DNA of 64,000 bases from positions 7,750,001 through 7,814,000 of the forward strand of contig JBHGNT010000006.1 in assembly GCA_043228905.1 (NCBI GenBank), in the 5' to 3' direction. Positions 39,961-52,744 of the stretch are shown here, piece after piece (positions within the stretch are counted from its first letter, which is position 1; the number at the start of each line of letters is the position of its first letter). The position numbers and the translations under genes were made by a program. The stretch is from Azolla caroliniana (lineage: Eukaryota; Plantae; Polypodiophyta). The notes below the pieces were generated by a model. It searched no databases and was not told where the DNA came from. It was given only the letters and a program-made list of their open reading frames with translations.

Positions 39961-42900
39961 GGGTTTTCTTTAGAAAAAGAAATGAAAAGATAAAAAGTTG
40001 TGAATGTAGCTATTGGGTGGAGAAAGATCATTTCATAGGATAGATTAACCTTTTGAATGGGTATGTGATTGTTGTGCCAATATTGAATAGGTGTGAATTT
40101 GGATGCATAAGCGGATTTTATGTGAGTGATGTTACTCTTACGAAAATAAAGGAATTGAGATTGAAGGCTTTGATTTTGTGTTTTTGGCTATAAATAGAGA
40201 GGACATTGCATTTTCGAGCAAGAGTGCAAAGATATATAAGGTGTTTGAAAGTTTGTTTGATTTTGCAGTTTTCTATGTTGGAAAAATTGAGGTTATTGTC
40301 ACATGAGGAGGTCCAAACATATGTTTTGGCCCCCCACCATGTTCAAATCGTGTGTTGGCCCCTAAGCCAAATTGTTTCGTAGGTGTACATGAACCCATAT
40401 GGATCCTTATGATATCGTAGTCTTCAATTAGAGATAAAAGATGTATCAAATATAGTGTTTTTTCACATACAATCAACATCTTTTTTACAAAAACAAAAGG
40501 AATTCAAAGTCAAATGTAAAGGATTGATGGAGTTATTAAGGCTGAGGTTGAGGTTCACAACGCTTGAGAGTGGTCGGGACATCAATACTCCTAATTAAAG
40601 TGAGATGTAATGAGTTTCCATATTTCATTTACAAAGTTCAATGTAGCTATAAGGTTCTAGGCACATACCTCTTTGTAGTTAACGACATAAGGATTTGGGT
40701 CTAAAGATGCATAGATTTGTCCCAGTCAAGTGGCAACAATAGTCAACTCAGTACGAGTGTTGGTCTTCTACCCATAAGATTGTATGCATATAGCCTACCA
40801 TCATAGCAAGCACAATGCTTATAATAGAGTAGTACTAGCTTGTTTTAGTATATTTGGTTCTTAAAATTTGGCTATTAGATAGAATGGTATTCAGATACAA
40901 AAGTCATTTATGAACTTTGGGTTGCCCATCCATTTTTTAAATATTTTTCTCTTGAAAATATGAGCATTCCTCCCATTCAAGCAAACTTGATGCGGGACCA
41001 TTACCCTGACATATAATCACAAATGCCAATTCTGAATATTAAAGGATATTGTCTACCGCATGAAGTACCAAAGGAGTCGCAATGACGTCTACCAAATCAT
41101 CATCATCAAACTTTGACATTATTTTTTGTATATTTTGTTTGCATTTGAGATATGAGACATATTAGTCAATTATTTTCTAGGTTTATTGCATAAGCTACAT
41201 TACTAATTTTACACGTGATTTCAAATGTTCCATAAAATGGGAATGGCACATTTGCTAATCCCTTTGGTTTGTAAAGTGTCTTTATGCTCTAAGGATTTTG
41301 TAGAAGACATTCTCACCTATGTCAAATTCAATTCAACTTGTCATTTCGAAAATTATTCATGGTAAGCCCTTGAAATTCCACGTATATTTAATAGTGACTG
41401 TAAATGCTTCATGGGTTACTTTTTTTTTTATATATAATGGGAGTTAAATTTTAACATTAGTAGAATTTCAAAAAATTCCATGTTGTCTAAGTTGAGCTAT
41501 CATGTTTGGCATCTTGTATGTCCTTTTTTAGCATTTGCTTAGAATGCTAGTTAGTTGTTGCTTTCAATAAGAGACGCAATGTTTTTTGGAGCCAAAGAAC
41601 ATGTTTGCTCTTCAATCTAAATTTATTTTTTTTCAAAAAAAATTATCCTTCCATTATAAAGAAAGTTCATAACAGTTACATCATACAAAGTATTTTTTCC
41701 GAAGCCCGTCTTGTGTAGACAACAGTTAAGGAAACAAATCTATGTACTCCGACATAGAGAAAACAGTCCAACAATTACAATCTATTCCCTAGAAACATTG
41801 CAAGGTATCCATATCCATAGGCAACAACGAAAGTAGCTCTATTCGGAAACAAACCCTCTCAAGTCATAGTTATGAGCCATTCAATATTTCTTCAACCTGT
41901 ACATCTCGGCTTTGAAGGCGATAAACTACGTTCTTTGGTTTTTCAAGGGAACCACTTTCCACATTCGTGGCTGTAAAGTCAACAACTATGCTTCCTCTTT
42001 CCCCATCAACCATCTTGCCAGATTACCACCAAATTCTTGTACATGCAACAACAAATTAAGTCAAGTTTCCTCCTCTCCTAAAAAGTTACAACATTTATTG
42101 GGTCATATAAAAAGTTAAGGTCTTTAGGAAACTACATTGATTAAGGAAAATTCCTGAAGTTGTAGACCAAAGTGAGCACTGCTTCTCTTTCCATCTCAAA
42201 GATATTCACTAGAAGCAATGCAATATTAAATGGTATTTGATTTAGGATTTCGAAATTGAAATTACAATCATAAAATATAAGTGACTACATGAAATGTAGA
42301 TGTTTTAAGTCTCATCATGGACTTGAGTGTCAAATGCATCAACTTTTCATCCATTTGATGTCATTTTGATAAAGACGAGAGCGCTAGATTTTAGCAAGAA
42401 TTGATAGGGAGGCTATGAATTCATGTAAGTAGAGCTTCAAAAAGTCCACTCCATGGCAAGACAACTCAAGTTCAACTTTCAAGTGCCTTACTTTAGCTAC
42501 TAGAGAACATAGGAAATATGGTTATACCATAGAACTTTAAATTTCCATGGCTACAACTATTGGATCAAGTGAGGTTTTGTGTCAAGTCAAACCAATTGTC
42601 ATGTAGATCTATAACACACTAAGTAAATCATTGTTCCAAAAGGGAGTGGACAATGAAATGAACAAAGTTCTACACGATTAGACGAAGGCAAAAATAATTT
42701 TCAAAAACATTCGTGACCTTACCAAGAAAAAGCAGCGTGTAGTGTCGTGAGGACCAAAGGTGTTCAATTTACGCAAATGATGCAAACGCGCATGTGAAAT
42801 GTGCCAAGGCATGGATTGTTATAAAGGGGGGTCTCCATGGATGTGGTACAATCGGAATAGGATGTCCCTAGGCTTGAGTTAGAGTGGTTATGTGTGACCC

Positions 42901-43678
42901 ACATGCATGGAGGTAGGCTATAGATTAGATTGGTTGGCAGGAGAAAATGTGTTCCATTCCCTACCATGTACCTACGGGCTATCGAAGCACAATCACCATT
43001 GTATCGAGTGGGCCTTCACCACATATATTGGAAGCACGAGCCTTAGAAAATACAAGTGCCGGAAGTCTTACATGTAACTTTTTCATTGCAGTACGAGGAT
43101 CGGCCGGGACCTCGGGAAATACTGTCACACTATGGTGAGATAGGTCAAGTTGGACAATTGTGGAGGCCACAAGACTTTCCTCCTAGTCCATTTCATTGCT
43201 ACATCCGGGCCATAGCCTCAAATATGAGGTTATTGTAACAAGCTTGCTTCATGTATGTACTTATACTGTATACATATACATTATACATACATACACATGC
43301 ATGTGTATGCATGTATTATTATGTACATCACATATACTCTGTTCTCTGCTACCGTGGACCAGTTAGGCTTTGCAAAGAGCTGATGCATCTGAAGAAGTGA
43401 TCAAAGGTTCCCTGAAATACTGTAAGTTGGATTTTGCCTTTGCTTCATTATTAAAGGGATTGTGCAAAGATGAAGGTTTTTTTACAAATGTATCATTGAA
43501 CTGCATGACACGGTTAGGTCAAACGAAAGTAAAACTAATCTCGGTGAAAACGTGTAGGAAAGATTTTGCTTTCATTTCGTTATATTCAAGGATTCTCCAA
43601 AATAGAAGGATATTCACACATAACTAATGGTGTTAATGAAAAAAGACAGGGTAATATGAAAATAAGTGATTGGAATCC

Positions 43679-45724
43679 ATGAAAATATGTAGGGAAGATT
43701 TTGCATTTGTGTCATTGCTCAAGGATTGTGCGAAGAAAAAAGATCTTCACAAAGGTATCAGGCTTCATGCTGATGTTGTGAAAAATGGATTACTTGGAAA
43801 GAGTGTTTATCTAGCAAGTACTTTAATTAACATGTATGCGACATGTGGTATGCTTGCAAAAGCACAAGAAGTGCTTGAAAAGCTTCATTTTCGAGATGTG
43901 GTCACATGGAATACACTCATTTCCGGATATGTCAAACATGGTCAGGGTCATGAAGCATTACATTGTTATGAAATGATGCAAAGCGAGGGTTTTTCACCTG
44001 TTGATGTAACGTATATTTGCATCTTGAAAGCATGTGGTAAGACATGTAATATAGATAAAGGTATACAAATTCATGAAGAAATTTTGATTAAAGGTTTGCT
44101 CAAGAAGAGTGTTATGCTTGGCAATGCTTTAGTAGACATGTATATAAAGTTTGGTATGGTTGAAAAAGCAAAAACAGTGTTGGAAGAACTTCCGGTTAGA
44201 GACGCAGTTTCTTGGAACGCCCTCATTGTGGGGTATGTTCAACAGGGGCAGGGTAATGAAGCATTGAATTGCTATGAAAAGATGCAAAAGGAGGGATTCT
44301 CTCCGGATTCAATAACTTTCAATTGCATGTTGAAAGTTTGCGGCCACATTGGATCCATAGAGAAAGGCGAACAAGTGCATGAGAAGATTATTAGAATGGG
44401 TTTGCTAGAGAAGAACCTTGTTCTAGCTAATGCTTTGGTGGACATGTATGCCAAGTGTGGTATGTTTTCTAAAGCGCAGCAACTGTTGGACGAGCTTCAT
44501 GATCGGAATGCTATATCATGGAATGCATTGATTACGGGGTATATTAAAAAAGGACAAGGTATTCAGGCATTGAATTGTTTTGAACGGATGCAAAGTGAAG
44601 GTTTTCCTGGAGATGTGGTCACCTTCATTTGCATCTTAAAGGCCTGTGGTAGTATTGGAGCTATAGACAAGGGTAAACAAATTCACAATGAGATTTTGAG
44701 TAGAAAATTTCTAGAGAAGGATATTGTTCTTGGAACTGGTTTGGTGGATATGTATGGAAAATGTGGTATGCTTGCAAAAGCACAACAAGTGCTTGAAGAT
44801 CTTCCTACCCGTGATATAGTCTCATGGAATGCATTGATCACAGGGTATGCCCAACAAGAAAAAGGTTATGATGCATTGAATTGCTTCGATCAGATGCTAA
44901 ATGAGGGTCTCTCTCCAGATGTTGTCACCTTCATTTGTATCTTGAAAGTATGTGGTAGTGTAGGAGCCATACAGAAGGGTAAACAAATTCATGAAGAGGT
45001 TGTGAGTAGGGGCTTGTTACAAAAGGACATTGTGCTCGCCACTGCTTTGATTGATATGTATGCTAAATGTGGTATGTTAGAAAAGGCTCGAGAAGTGCTT
45101 GAAGAGCTTCCAACTCGGAATGTAGTCTCTTGGAATGCACTAATTTCTGGATATACCCAACAAGGGCATGGCTATGAAGCATTGAGTTGCTTTGAGAAGA
45201 TGCAAAATGATGGCCTCTTTCCAGATGATGGTACATTCCAATGTGTTCTATGTGCCTGTGGTCACTCTGGGCTATTGGATGAAGCTCAACTTCTTTTTAA
45301 CGATATGACTAAAAAGTACGGTATTACTCCAACATTAGAGCATCATACTTGCTTGGTAGAGGCTTTTGGATTTGCAGGGGACTTTGACAAAGCAGTGTCA
45401 ATGATTAAGGTGATGCCATCTTGTGATGATATTTCAGTTTGGTTGGGTATTTTGGGTGCATGTAGAAAATGGGGAAATGTAAAGCTTGGGAGGTTATGCT
45501 TTGATCAGATAGTGCAACTAGACGGTAGTTGTACTTCAGCTTATGTGCTGATGGCTAATATGTTTGCGTCATCGGGTATGCAAGAGGATGCAGAGAAAAT
45601 TGAAGCCATGAGAATGAAATATGCTCCTTGTAAGAGCCAAGGAAATAGTTCATGGGTGGATGGCATTGGAAATGCTCATTCATTTTCCCCTGAGAATTAT
45701 GAGAACAAAAATGTGCATGTGTGA
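43679..45724 (+). CDS. PLS-class pentatricopeptide repeat protein with E domains (organellar RNA editing factor family); true start uncertain
   Basis: Intronless ORF with tandem P-L-S triplets (DVVTWNTLISGYVKHGQGHEAL, DVVTFICILKACGSIGAIDKGKQIH, LVDMYAKCGML) and E1/E2 (EHHTCLVEAFGFAG, VWLGILGACRKWGNVKLG, AYVLMANMFASSG). First ATG 43679; upstream exon(s) with a targeting peptide are possible. Confidence 0.93.
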   Translation: MKICREDFAFVSLLKDCAKKKDLHKGIRLHADVVKNGLLGKSVYLASTLINMYATCGMLAKAQEVLEKLHFRDVVTWNTLISGYVKHGQGHEALHCYEMMQSEGFSPVDVTYICILKACGKTCNIDKGIQIHEEILIKGLLKKSVMLGNALVDMYIKFGMVEKAKTVLEELPVRDAVSWNALIVGYVQQGQGNEALNCYEKMQKEGFSPDSITFNCMLKVCGHIGSIEKGEQVHEKIIRMGLLEKNLVLANALVDMYAKCGMFSKAQQLLDELHDRNAISWNALITGYIKKGQGIQALNCFERMQSEGFPGDVVTFICILKACGSIGAIDKGKQIHNEILSRKFLEKDIVLGTGLVDMYGKCGMLAKAQQVLEDLPTRDIVSWNALITGYAQQEKGYDALNCFDQMLNEGLSPDVVTFICILKVCGSVGAIQKGKQIHEEVVSRGLLQKDIVLATALIDMYAKCGMLEKAREVLEELPTRNVVSWNALISGYTQQGHGYEALSCFEKMQNDGLFPDDGTFQCVLCACGHSGLLDEAQLLFNDMTKKYGITPTLEHHTCLVEAFGFAGDFDKAVSMIKVMPSCDDISVWLGILGACRKWGNVKLGRLCFDQIVQLDGSCTSAYVLMANMFASSGMQEDAEKIEAMRMKYAPCKSQGNSSWVDGIGNAHSFSPENYENKNVHV

Positions 45725-46040
45725 ACATTGAATATCAACGGAATTGCCTTTCAAATATAATGAGGGAGGGATTTTCTTGAGTTCTAGTAGGTGCTACAGA
45801 ACATTATTGAATGGTGGAAAGAAGGATGCCGAATGTGGACACAAGGAAAAATTGGCCATTGATGCTCTATCAGTAAATTTCAAGATGAAACCATAGATGT
45901 TGTGTGTGAATCATCTGTTAACTGGCATATGCTCATTTCAATTATATCCAAAACAGATAAATATATGATCATGGCTCAAGCTTTGAGATGTCTTCATGTT
46001 TTTGAGCATGGAAAATGTGCTTTTGCAATGTGGAGACTGA
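45721..46040 (+). pseudogene. Frameshifted, decayed E+/DYW deaminase domain directly behind the PPR stop
   Basis: Pieces in three frames: IMREGFS (E+-like), KKDAECGHKEKLAI (HSEKLAI-like, His codon 45840) and WHMLISIISKTDKYMIMAQALRCLHVFEHGKCAFAMW (CH..IK.ISK..R.I..RD..RFHHF..G.CSC.DYW-like). Confidence 0.7.
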
Positions 46041-49000
46041 ATGGATTGTGCTTAAGTCCTAAAAAGAGGCACATGATGTGGCAAAAGGACTTCACAGTTC
46101 CACTCCAGGATGAAGGTTGCGTAATAGTGTTGGACGATTATGAATCCAAGATTCTACTGTTTCTGATTGGATTTCATATGGGTTGCCGTGCTAACACTTT
46201 ATTTTTAATGTATCAACAACAAATCTCTACTTAAAAAACAGGCAAATTGTTGGACCAAGGATTTCAATTTTATTCCAGGGATGAAGGCTACCTGATGTAG
46301 AGGCTAGGGGCCACATTGGGTGATCTTTTGACAAAGAATGAGTAGGAAATTTCGTTCCTTTACTGTGATATCATCAGGGAGGAATTGCGTCCATTCCTAA
46401 AGCTGTTGCTCACATCCGTCGTTAAGACATCTTGGGAATATGGCAAAGCCTAAAATCTTCCAATAGCCCAAGAGGTTTTTAGATTTTCTTTCAAAATTTA
46501 TGCTTTTAGAACCATGTGCCTGTCAGCTTGAGAGCATATCAGGATAGTGGTGAATTATAGTGTAATGGTAAATTATGTTTTGAAACTCCCTTGCCAATTT
46601 GTATATAAATCTGGAGTTTGAAAGTTTGATTTTTTTAGGTTATTGAGCTCGGAACACCTGCTGTAGAACTAATGATAATCTTATTTTTTTACAATACGAA
46701 AACCCGCAAGCAAAGTATATCCTTGCAGAGAGATTGATTGGCATGGATGCATGCATGACCTTCAATGGACACAAAGAAAAACCATGAGCATCTTGGATAG
46801 AGTCTATTAGAAGACTTTGGTATATGTATATAATGAAAAACACTTGTAAAAACTTTTCAAGAGAGAAATGTCTGATGAGCTGATGGTGTATGTCATGCCA
46901 AATGAACAAAATCCTTCATCTCATGTAGGAACAATTACAACAGTTATTTATTTATTTTTCTCTTCAAAGATTTTCTTCAATAGTATTAAGAAAAAACGGC
47001 CGAAGGCTACAACTTGAACTTGTCTACCCAGAAGCTTACAACTTTTTATGTGCAATGGTGTACAATAATCCTAAGACCAAAGATAGGACTTTGTAGAAGG
47101 GACAATTACAGCAGTTGCATGGATACACCCAAGAAAGACTAGAATTCTAACATCAATGATTGATATGGTGTTCTTCAACCCTATAATTTTTGTGAGGATC
47201 TTTGTAATGATGTTTTCGATTTGATTATTTTCTTCAATGTGCAAACAAGTTAAAATAGTAAAAAGCTGCTTTTTCTTACTTTTTTGTTTGTTAACAACAT
47301 ATTTTAAATTTTATTGCATTCTAATAGTTAAGCATCCTCACTCATGCTAGAAACTATGGATACACAACATTAAACAGTCCATTAAAGATTTACAATGTTA
47401 AGTTGAAAGTTTCTCGAGATAGTTTGAGTGAATGTATGTTTTATTTACAGAGGATAATTCACCTAACCTTCACGATATCTATGACACTCTCAATGAACTC
47501 ACATGATATGAATCTTTCTTTTTTTGTCAATCGTTAGAATAATGTTATTCCTTAAAAAAGAAAAACACTATCAACTCATAATGTGATCGTTGTTTCTTCA
47601 TTGACTTTTATTGAATGAAAGTATTAGGAGGATTTCAATGATGATCATTTTTGGGCTATCTAACCACATTTGGAATTGTAAAAGTTGTGGGAAGGACACA
47701 ACATGAGATAATTATAACTAGATTTAAATATTGATAAAGATTATCCATGGATCGAGGCATTGAATCATTACATCTCAAATTTTTAAGTGCATGGTCAGAT
47801 GTAACTCATTGTCATAAACATGCCCATTGCAAATATGTGCATAAATCAAGGAATCCTTGTCCCAACATGGTACACATGTGGATAGTATTCAACAAATATT
47901 ATTATAGGAAACTTTAGTGCGCATACGTATTGGTTCATGTTTTGTAGATCGAAAACCTGAAGCCATCCACTAATGGATATGCATTCATGTAATAGTGCTT
48001 GATTGTACTAGTTTGAAGGTCGAGGACTTTGAGAGGGAGATGCCAAGAGATTAAATTTATCACTTCACCTTAACATTCTTAACATATTTAATGGAGGTAC
48101 ATATGCAATGTTACATATAAGTCAATTTAATACACGAGCTAACAAACCAAATACACCAAGTTTATGTCTAATTTCACACTACCCTTTTTCATGACTTCCA
48201 TCGAGTTACAAAACTTGACCTTGGAATACTATGTTTTAGCACTTCAAATCATTAACACATGAATAGTTGAAATAAAATCATTAGCATATTAGTAATGGAA
48301 AATTCATTAGTCTAATCAACATGTATAACCCTTGTAATACATGCACATGATGTACCTTCAGTGCTTGGGGTAGAATGAAGTAGAAAATAAATTACATGAT
48401 GAATCGTCTATAGTAAGACATAGATGGTTGTTTATATCATTTGAAGGATGGCATGACACTTACTTTGAAAAAATCATTTAAATTAAGCTTGTTTGAAATT
48501 TACTTTTCTATAGAAACGGTGTGACACTTGTTTGGGAAAACGAGCGTGATTCATGCATTGATGATACTGCACTACATATTTTTTTAGTACTAGATTTACA
48601 TATTTCTCACGACCTAGCGAGATGTGTGAATGGTCATAGTTAATGTCACCAATGTCTCGAAAAACGAATAGATGGGTAATTTATAATTCCTTGTCAAGCT
48701 AAAAGGGGAACATGTTTTTTTAATGTGGTTAGATAGCTACTTGAATGAGGAATGAAATTTCAAGGTGAACTCATTATATTTCGATAAATGCATAGGTAAT
48801 AGTGAGGATTGGATTAGATGCGAGGGAGAGAAAGAAACATAAACGATTTACCTTGTAAATATTTAAGTAGAGACCTATACAATTGCTTTAATTGGGATGT
48901 TAAAAAATGGGTATAAAGTATAGAATACAAGACATACCTTCAATTGTTAGTTTTTCAAATTTGTGCTCATTTGAGTCTATTTTGGCATGATCTCATAAGG

Positions 49001-49772
49001 CTCAGTAAAAACGCTACGATTTCATGCAATTTCGCAAGACAACATTTATAAGAAACAAGTCAAGAGATATTGAGCTCATCTCGATTTGTAAATAAAGAAA
49101 ACACACAGGCGTTTCTATATTATAAGGATGTTATAAAGAGTTATCTACTAAGAAAGTGTCCTAAAAGTAATGTGGCTTTTAATAGGCGTTTGAGTTTGGA
49201 TATAGATAATAGGATCCAAGCTTATATCAATTATATGAATGAAGACATATTGGTCACTTGGCAAGGATGATTTCTTGGTGAAAAACAAGAAGGATATATG
49301 TATAGACATGGCAATATTCTTCTAGTTTGGCATGATATCAATACACAACGTTAAATTTCTCATGTAAATTTTCTTGCTTGTCCTCGAAGAGAAAAAGAAA
49401 TGAAGATTCTAAACTAACAATCCGAAGTGAAACAATCACATTATTGGTCCTTAAAAAAACGAGCACCAAACCTATGTCTTAACTAAATGAATACTATTAA
49501 ACTTGAAGGCAAAAATTACCAAAATATGATCACATATACATACATTGCAAATGTATACTTGTTTAGTTTAAAAAATATCGAAGTACGCTTGCTTCCATAA
49601 TCTCCAATTAAGCACCATTGTATATCAACAAAAATCTATGGTAAAATGTCAACATTTTGTAGTAAGGCATCATTAGCTACAATTTATATTATGCTTACTA
49701 TTCAAATCGAGACACCATTGTCCATGGGAAACACACAAGCATTGGAACATCGATGATCCATCTCCCCTTGCC

Positions 49773-49815
<43 letters not shown>

Positions 49816-50168
49816 TACACACACATTACTAACATGCGTATTAACTCTCGTAGAGCCCTAACACTCCTACGCACTCGATCACACAACCTAGGTTTTGAAG
49901 TTGCGTTATGAAATCAACTCTACACATTTTTACCATGTAAGTACAATATATTTGAGGCAAATGAATGCATGTAAGACGAGCAATTTTCATGGTTAGAAGT
50001 GTGGTAGTTGTTGGTTAGGCAGAGTCTGTTATTGAGATAAATATAACTAGAAGGTCGAGAATCTTTCATGTGTAGAGAGAGTAAGTTAGAAGAGTTTGAG
50101 AACTTGCTTGAGAAAGATATTATAGATACTCAATGGCTTTGCTTGAGAGAGAGAACATATTGAAACAA

Positions 50169-50170
<2 letters not shown>

Positions 50171-50248
<78 letters not shown>
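50171..50248. repeat. Compound (AT)n-(GA)n microsatellite
   Basis: AT run followed by a GA run. Confidence 0.9.
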
Positions 50249-50250
<2 letters not shown>

Positions 50251-51912
50251 TGCAAGTTGGCAAATTCATCGAAGAGAGAGACTTTATGAGAATAGTTTAT
50301 TGGACGGCATAGTGTGGATGAGTGTACGGAGGTTCAAATGCCAATACCATTCGTGAGGGGGTTCACATTTTCACACATATCCTCATTTGCCCCCCCCATT
50401 GCCCTCAATGTTTGCATCGGTTTGCCCACCTCCATTTGGACGGTGAATTCCTCCCTCTCCCCTCAACAAGATGCATTCCGTAAGAGCCTTCTAACATTTT
50501 TGTTGCACATGGCTCACTTGCTACCATTCGAAGTGTGTTCAATGCGCATCCTCTGATTGGACTTGAGGCTATTAACTATGATTTTTTGGTATGTACGTAC
50601 AAAGTCAATTCCTTCCTTGGACCATCATGTATGTGGTAAAGTTTCTTACTTCCCATTTTTAATGTCTCTTGGAACGTGCCAACAACTTTATTGTTCTTAT
50701 TTTCACATTCGTAATTCATCCAATCATGGCCTACTTGCAACTCCACTTTTTGAGTATTTCACACTTGCTTTGTTCTTAATGCAATTCTAAGATAACCTAA
50801 CTAACAATTGCGTGGCACTTAAGCATACACTTATTGTTATTCAACTAAAGATGAAGACCACAATATGTTATGATCATTCTTCAATTTTTATTTGAAAGGA
50901 TATGAAGCCTTTGCATCATATTCTATCCCTGAATTGGAAGGATTGAGACATGCTACACGGCACTACATTGCATGAAAGAAAGATACAACAAATAAACCTT
51001 TCACACATTCTTTTAGGCATACCGAGTTTATTGTGCTGATATTTTTCTATTTGTTCTTGCAAATTACTCTTATATACATGATTAAACATTCATTTTGTAC
51101 ACATATATATACATGTATGTAGTAACTTGTATGTGCCCTTGGAAGTAACAAATAGATTGCTTCATGCAAGAGATGCTAAAAACCGCTCTATATTTATGTT
51201 GGCTCTAGTACTCAATTGGAATTCCATACAAAGGGAACAAAGACTACAATATTACATTCTTGTAGATTGTTTGAACACCGACTTTTTGCATTGTCACCAT
51301 TTTTGCTCAGTTATTGTACCTTTGATCGATTTTCTCTTGTTTGAAATCTTTCATAGAAAAGGAAGTTTTTTAACTAACTTGTTTGTTGATCATATATCTT
51401 GCATGGCAATGGCTCAAACCTAGGTCCTTATTGGGTCATCCAAGTTTCAATGCAAAAACATCTTAAAACCACACAATGATAAAGGATGTTGATGGCTTGT
51501 TTTCTTTTGCATTAAAATTTCCATTTGCATGATCTACACTTCAAACCCCTATTTTTTCTATGATGTTAGTTTTAGGATCTTGAAACAAATCTAGTTTGAA
51601 CAAGACAACATTGCTACAATACAACGTGAAAGCATTGATTTTATATGCATATCATATTCAAGACTTCTTCAAATATCCCTACCAATTTGAAAAACTTATA
51701 TTTTAGCCATATAAGGGTGGTGTTTTAAAATCTTGTGCTTTAAAGTTTAAACCTCAAATGTTGTAAGTTGATGTTAGTTTCAATTAAAAAATATGTTACA
51801 TATCTAATTTAAGATCATGCACAATGAAAAGTTGTTCCTAAACAACTGGCTTCACATTCTCCTCTAGTAAACTAGCCAACAATTCCAAAAATATGGTTAA
51901 GTAAATCATTAT

Positions 51913-52744
51913 TGTTGGGGAAGCACAAGACAATACCACTCACTCGTCCACACTAAAGCTAACAAATCTTTTCCCCACTTGTGTTGTAAAATAGAAGACA
52001 GTAATCAAAACCAAAACTAATCTTGACAGCAATTTGGCAATAAACTCCACACTTGAACACTAACAAGATCAAAGAGACACGAGATTTACGTGGCAAACCC
52101 CGATGTGGGGAAAAACCACGGGACTGTTTACAACGGCACCAAAATTCCACTAATAAACATTAATCCAGTGGGTACAACAGGTTTTCATCTGTAGTTCATA
52201 ACTAGAGACTTTACAATCTTCAAGGTAAGTCTTTGGATCAACAAATCTCTACAAATCATCACATATAGTGGCAAATTTCACAAATTCATAAAATCTGATC
52301 AGAGTAGAATCTATGAAGATAGAGAGATCAAAAAACAATAATCCGAATTGTTGGATTTGAAGAAGATAGTATCAGGAACAAGTCATTAAACTTTGGCCAC
52401 GATCGGAGGTCGTTTGGTCATCGATTGAGGCAAGAATAGTTGGCTACTCTGCATCTATCTTCTATCCCTCTCTCTCTCTTTTCTTTCTTACTGCATGTTC
52501 TTTTTAGTATATTCTCAAAAAACAGAAATAGTAATAATAATAAGGGTTATGTTTCTAAAAAACCCCTTATTACCCCTAAGAAAAAACCTAGTATAAGTAG
52601 AAACTTTAAACGAGCCCTTTACATACTAATTTGGACCCATTACAACATACACATACACATCCACATACTAATGTGGCTAAAAAAAACATAGACCCAATGA
52701 AATATTTGGACCTCTTCCTCCATGTAGGAGGGAAGAACCCAACA
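51913..52744. mobile_element. Solo LTR, copia-like (832 bp)
   Basis: TGTTGGG...CCCAACA inverted termini; perfect 5-bp TSD ATTAT (51908-51912, 52745-52749); internal GATTTACGTGG..AACCCC...GGGAAAAACCACGG motif typical of plant copia LTRs. Confidence 0.9.

Noticed and set aside
41640-42180. Possible LINE 3' fragment on the minus strand (CNFLGEEET*LNLLLH)
   Set aside because: The motif is too degenerate to support a call without an HMM search.
46800-51900. Intergenic region with short ORFs and microsatellites
   Set aside because: No recognisable protein motifs or splice-consistent gene model; likely decayed repeats.
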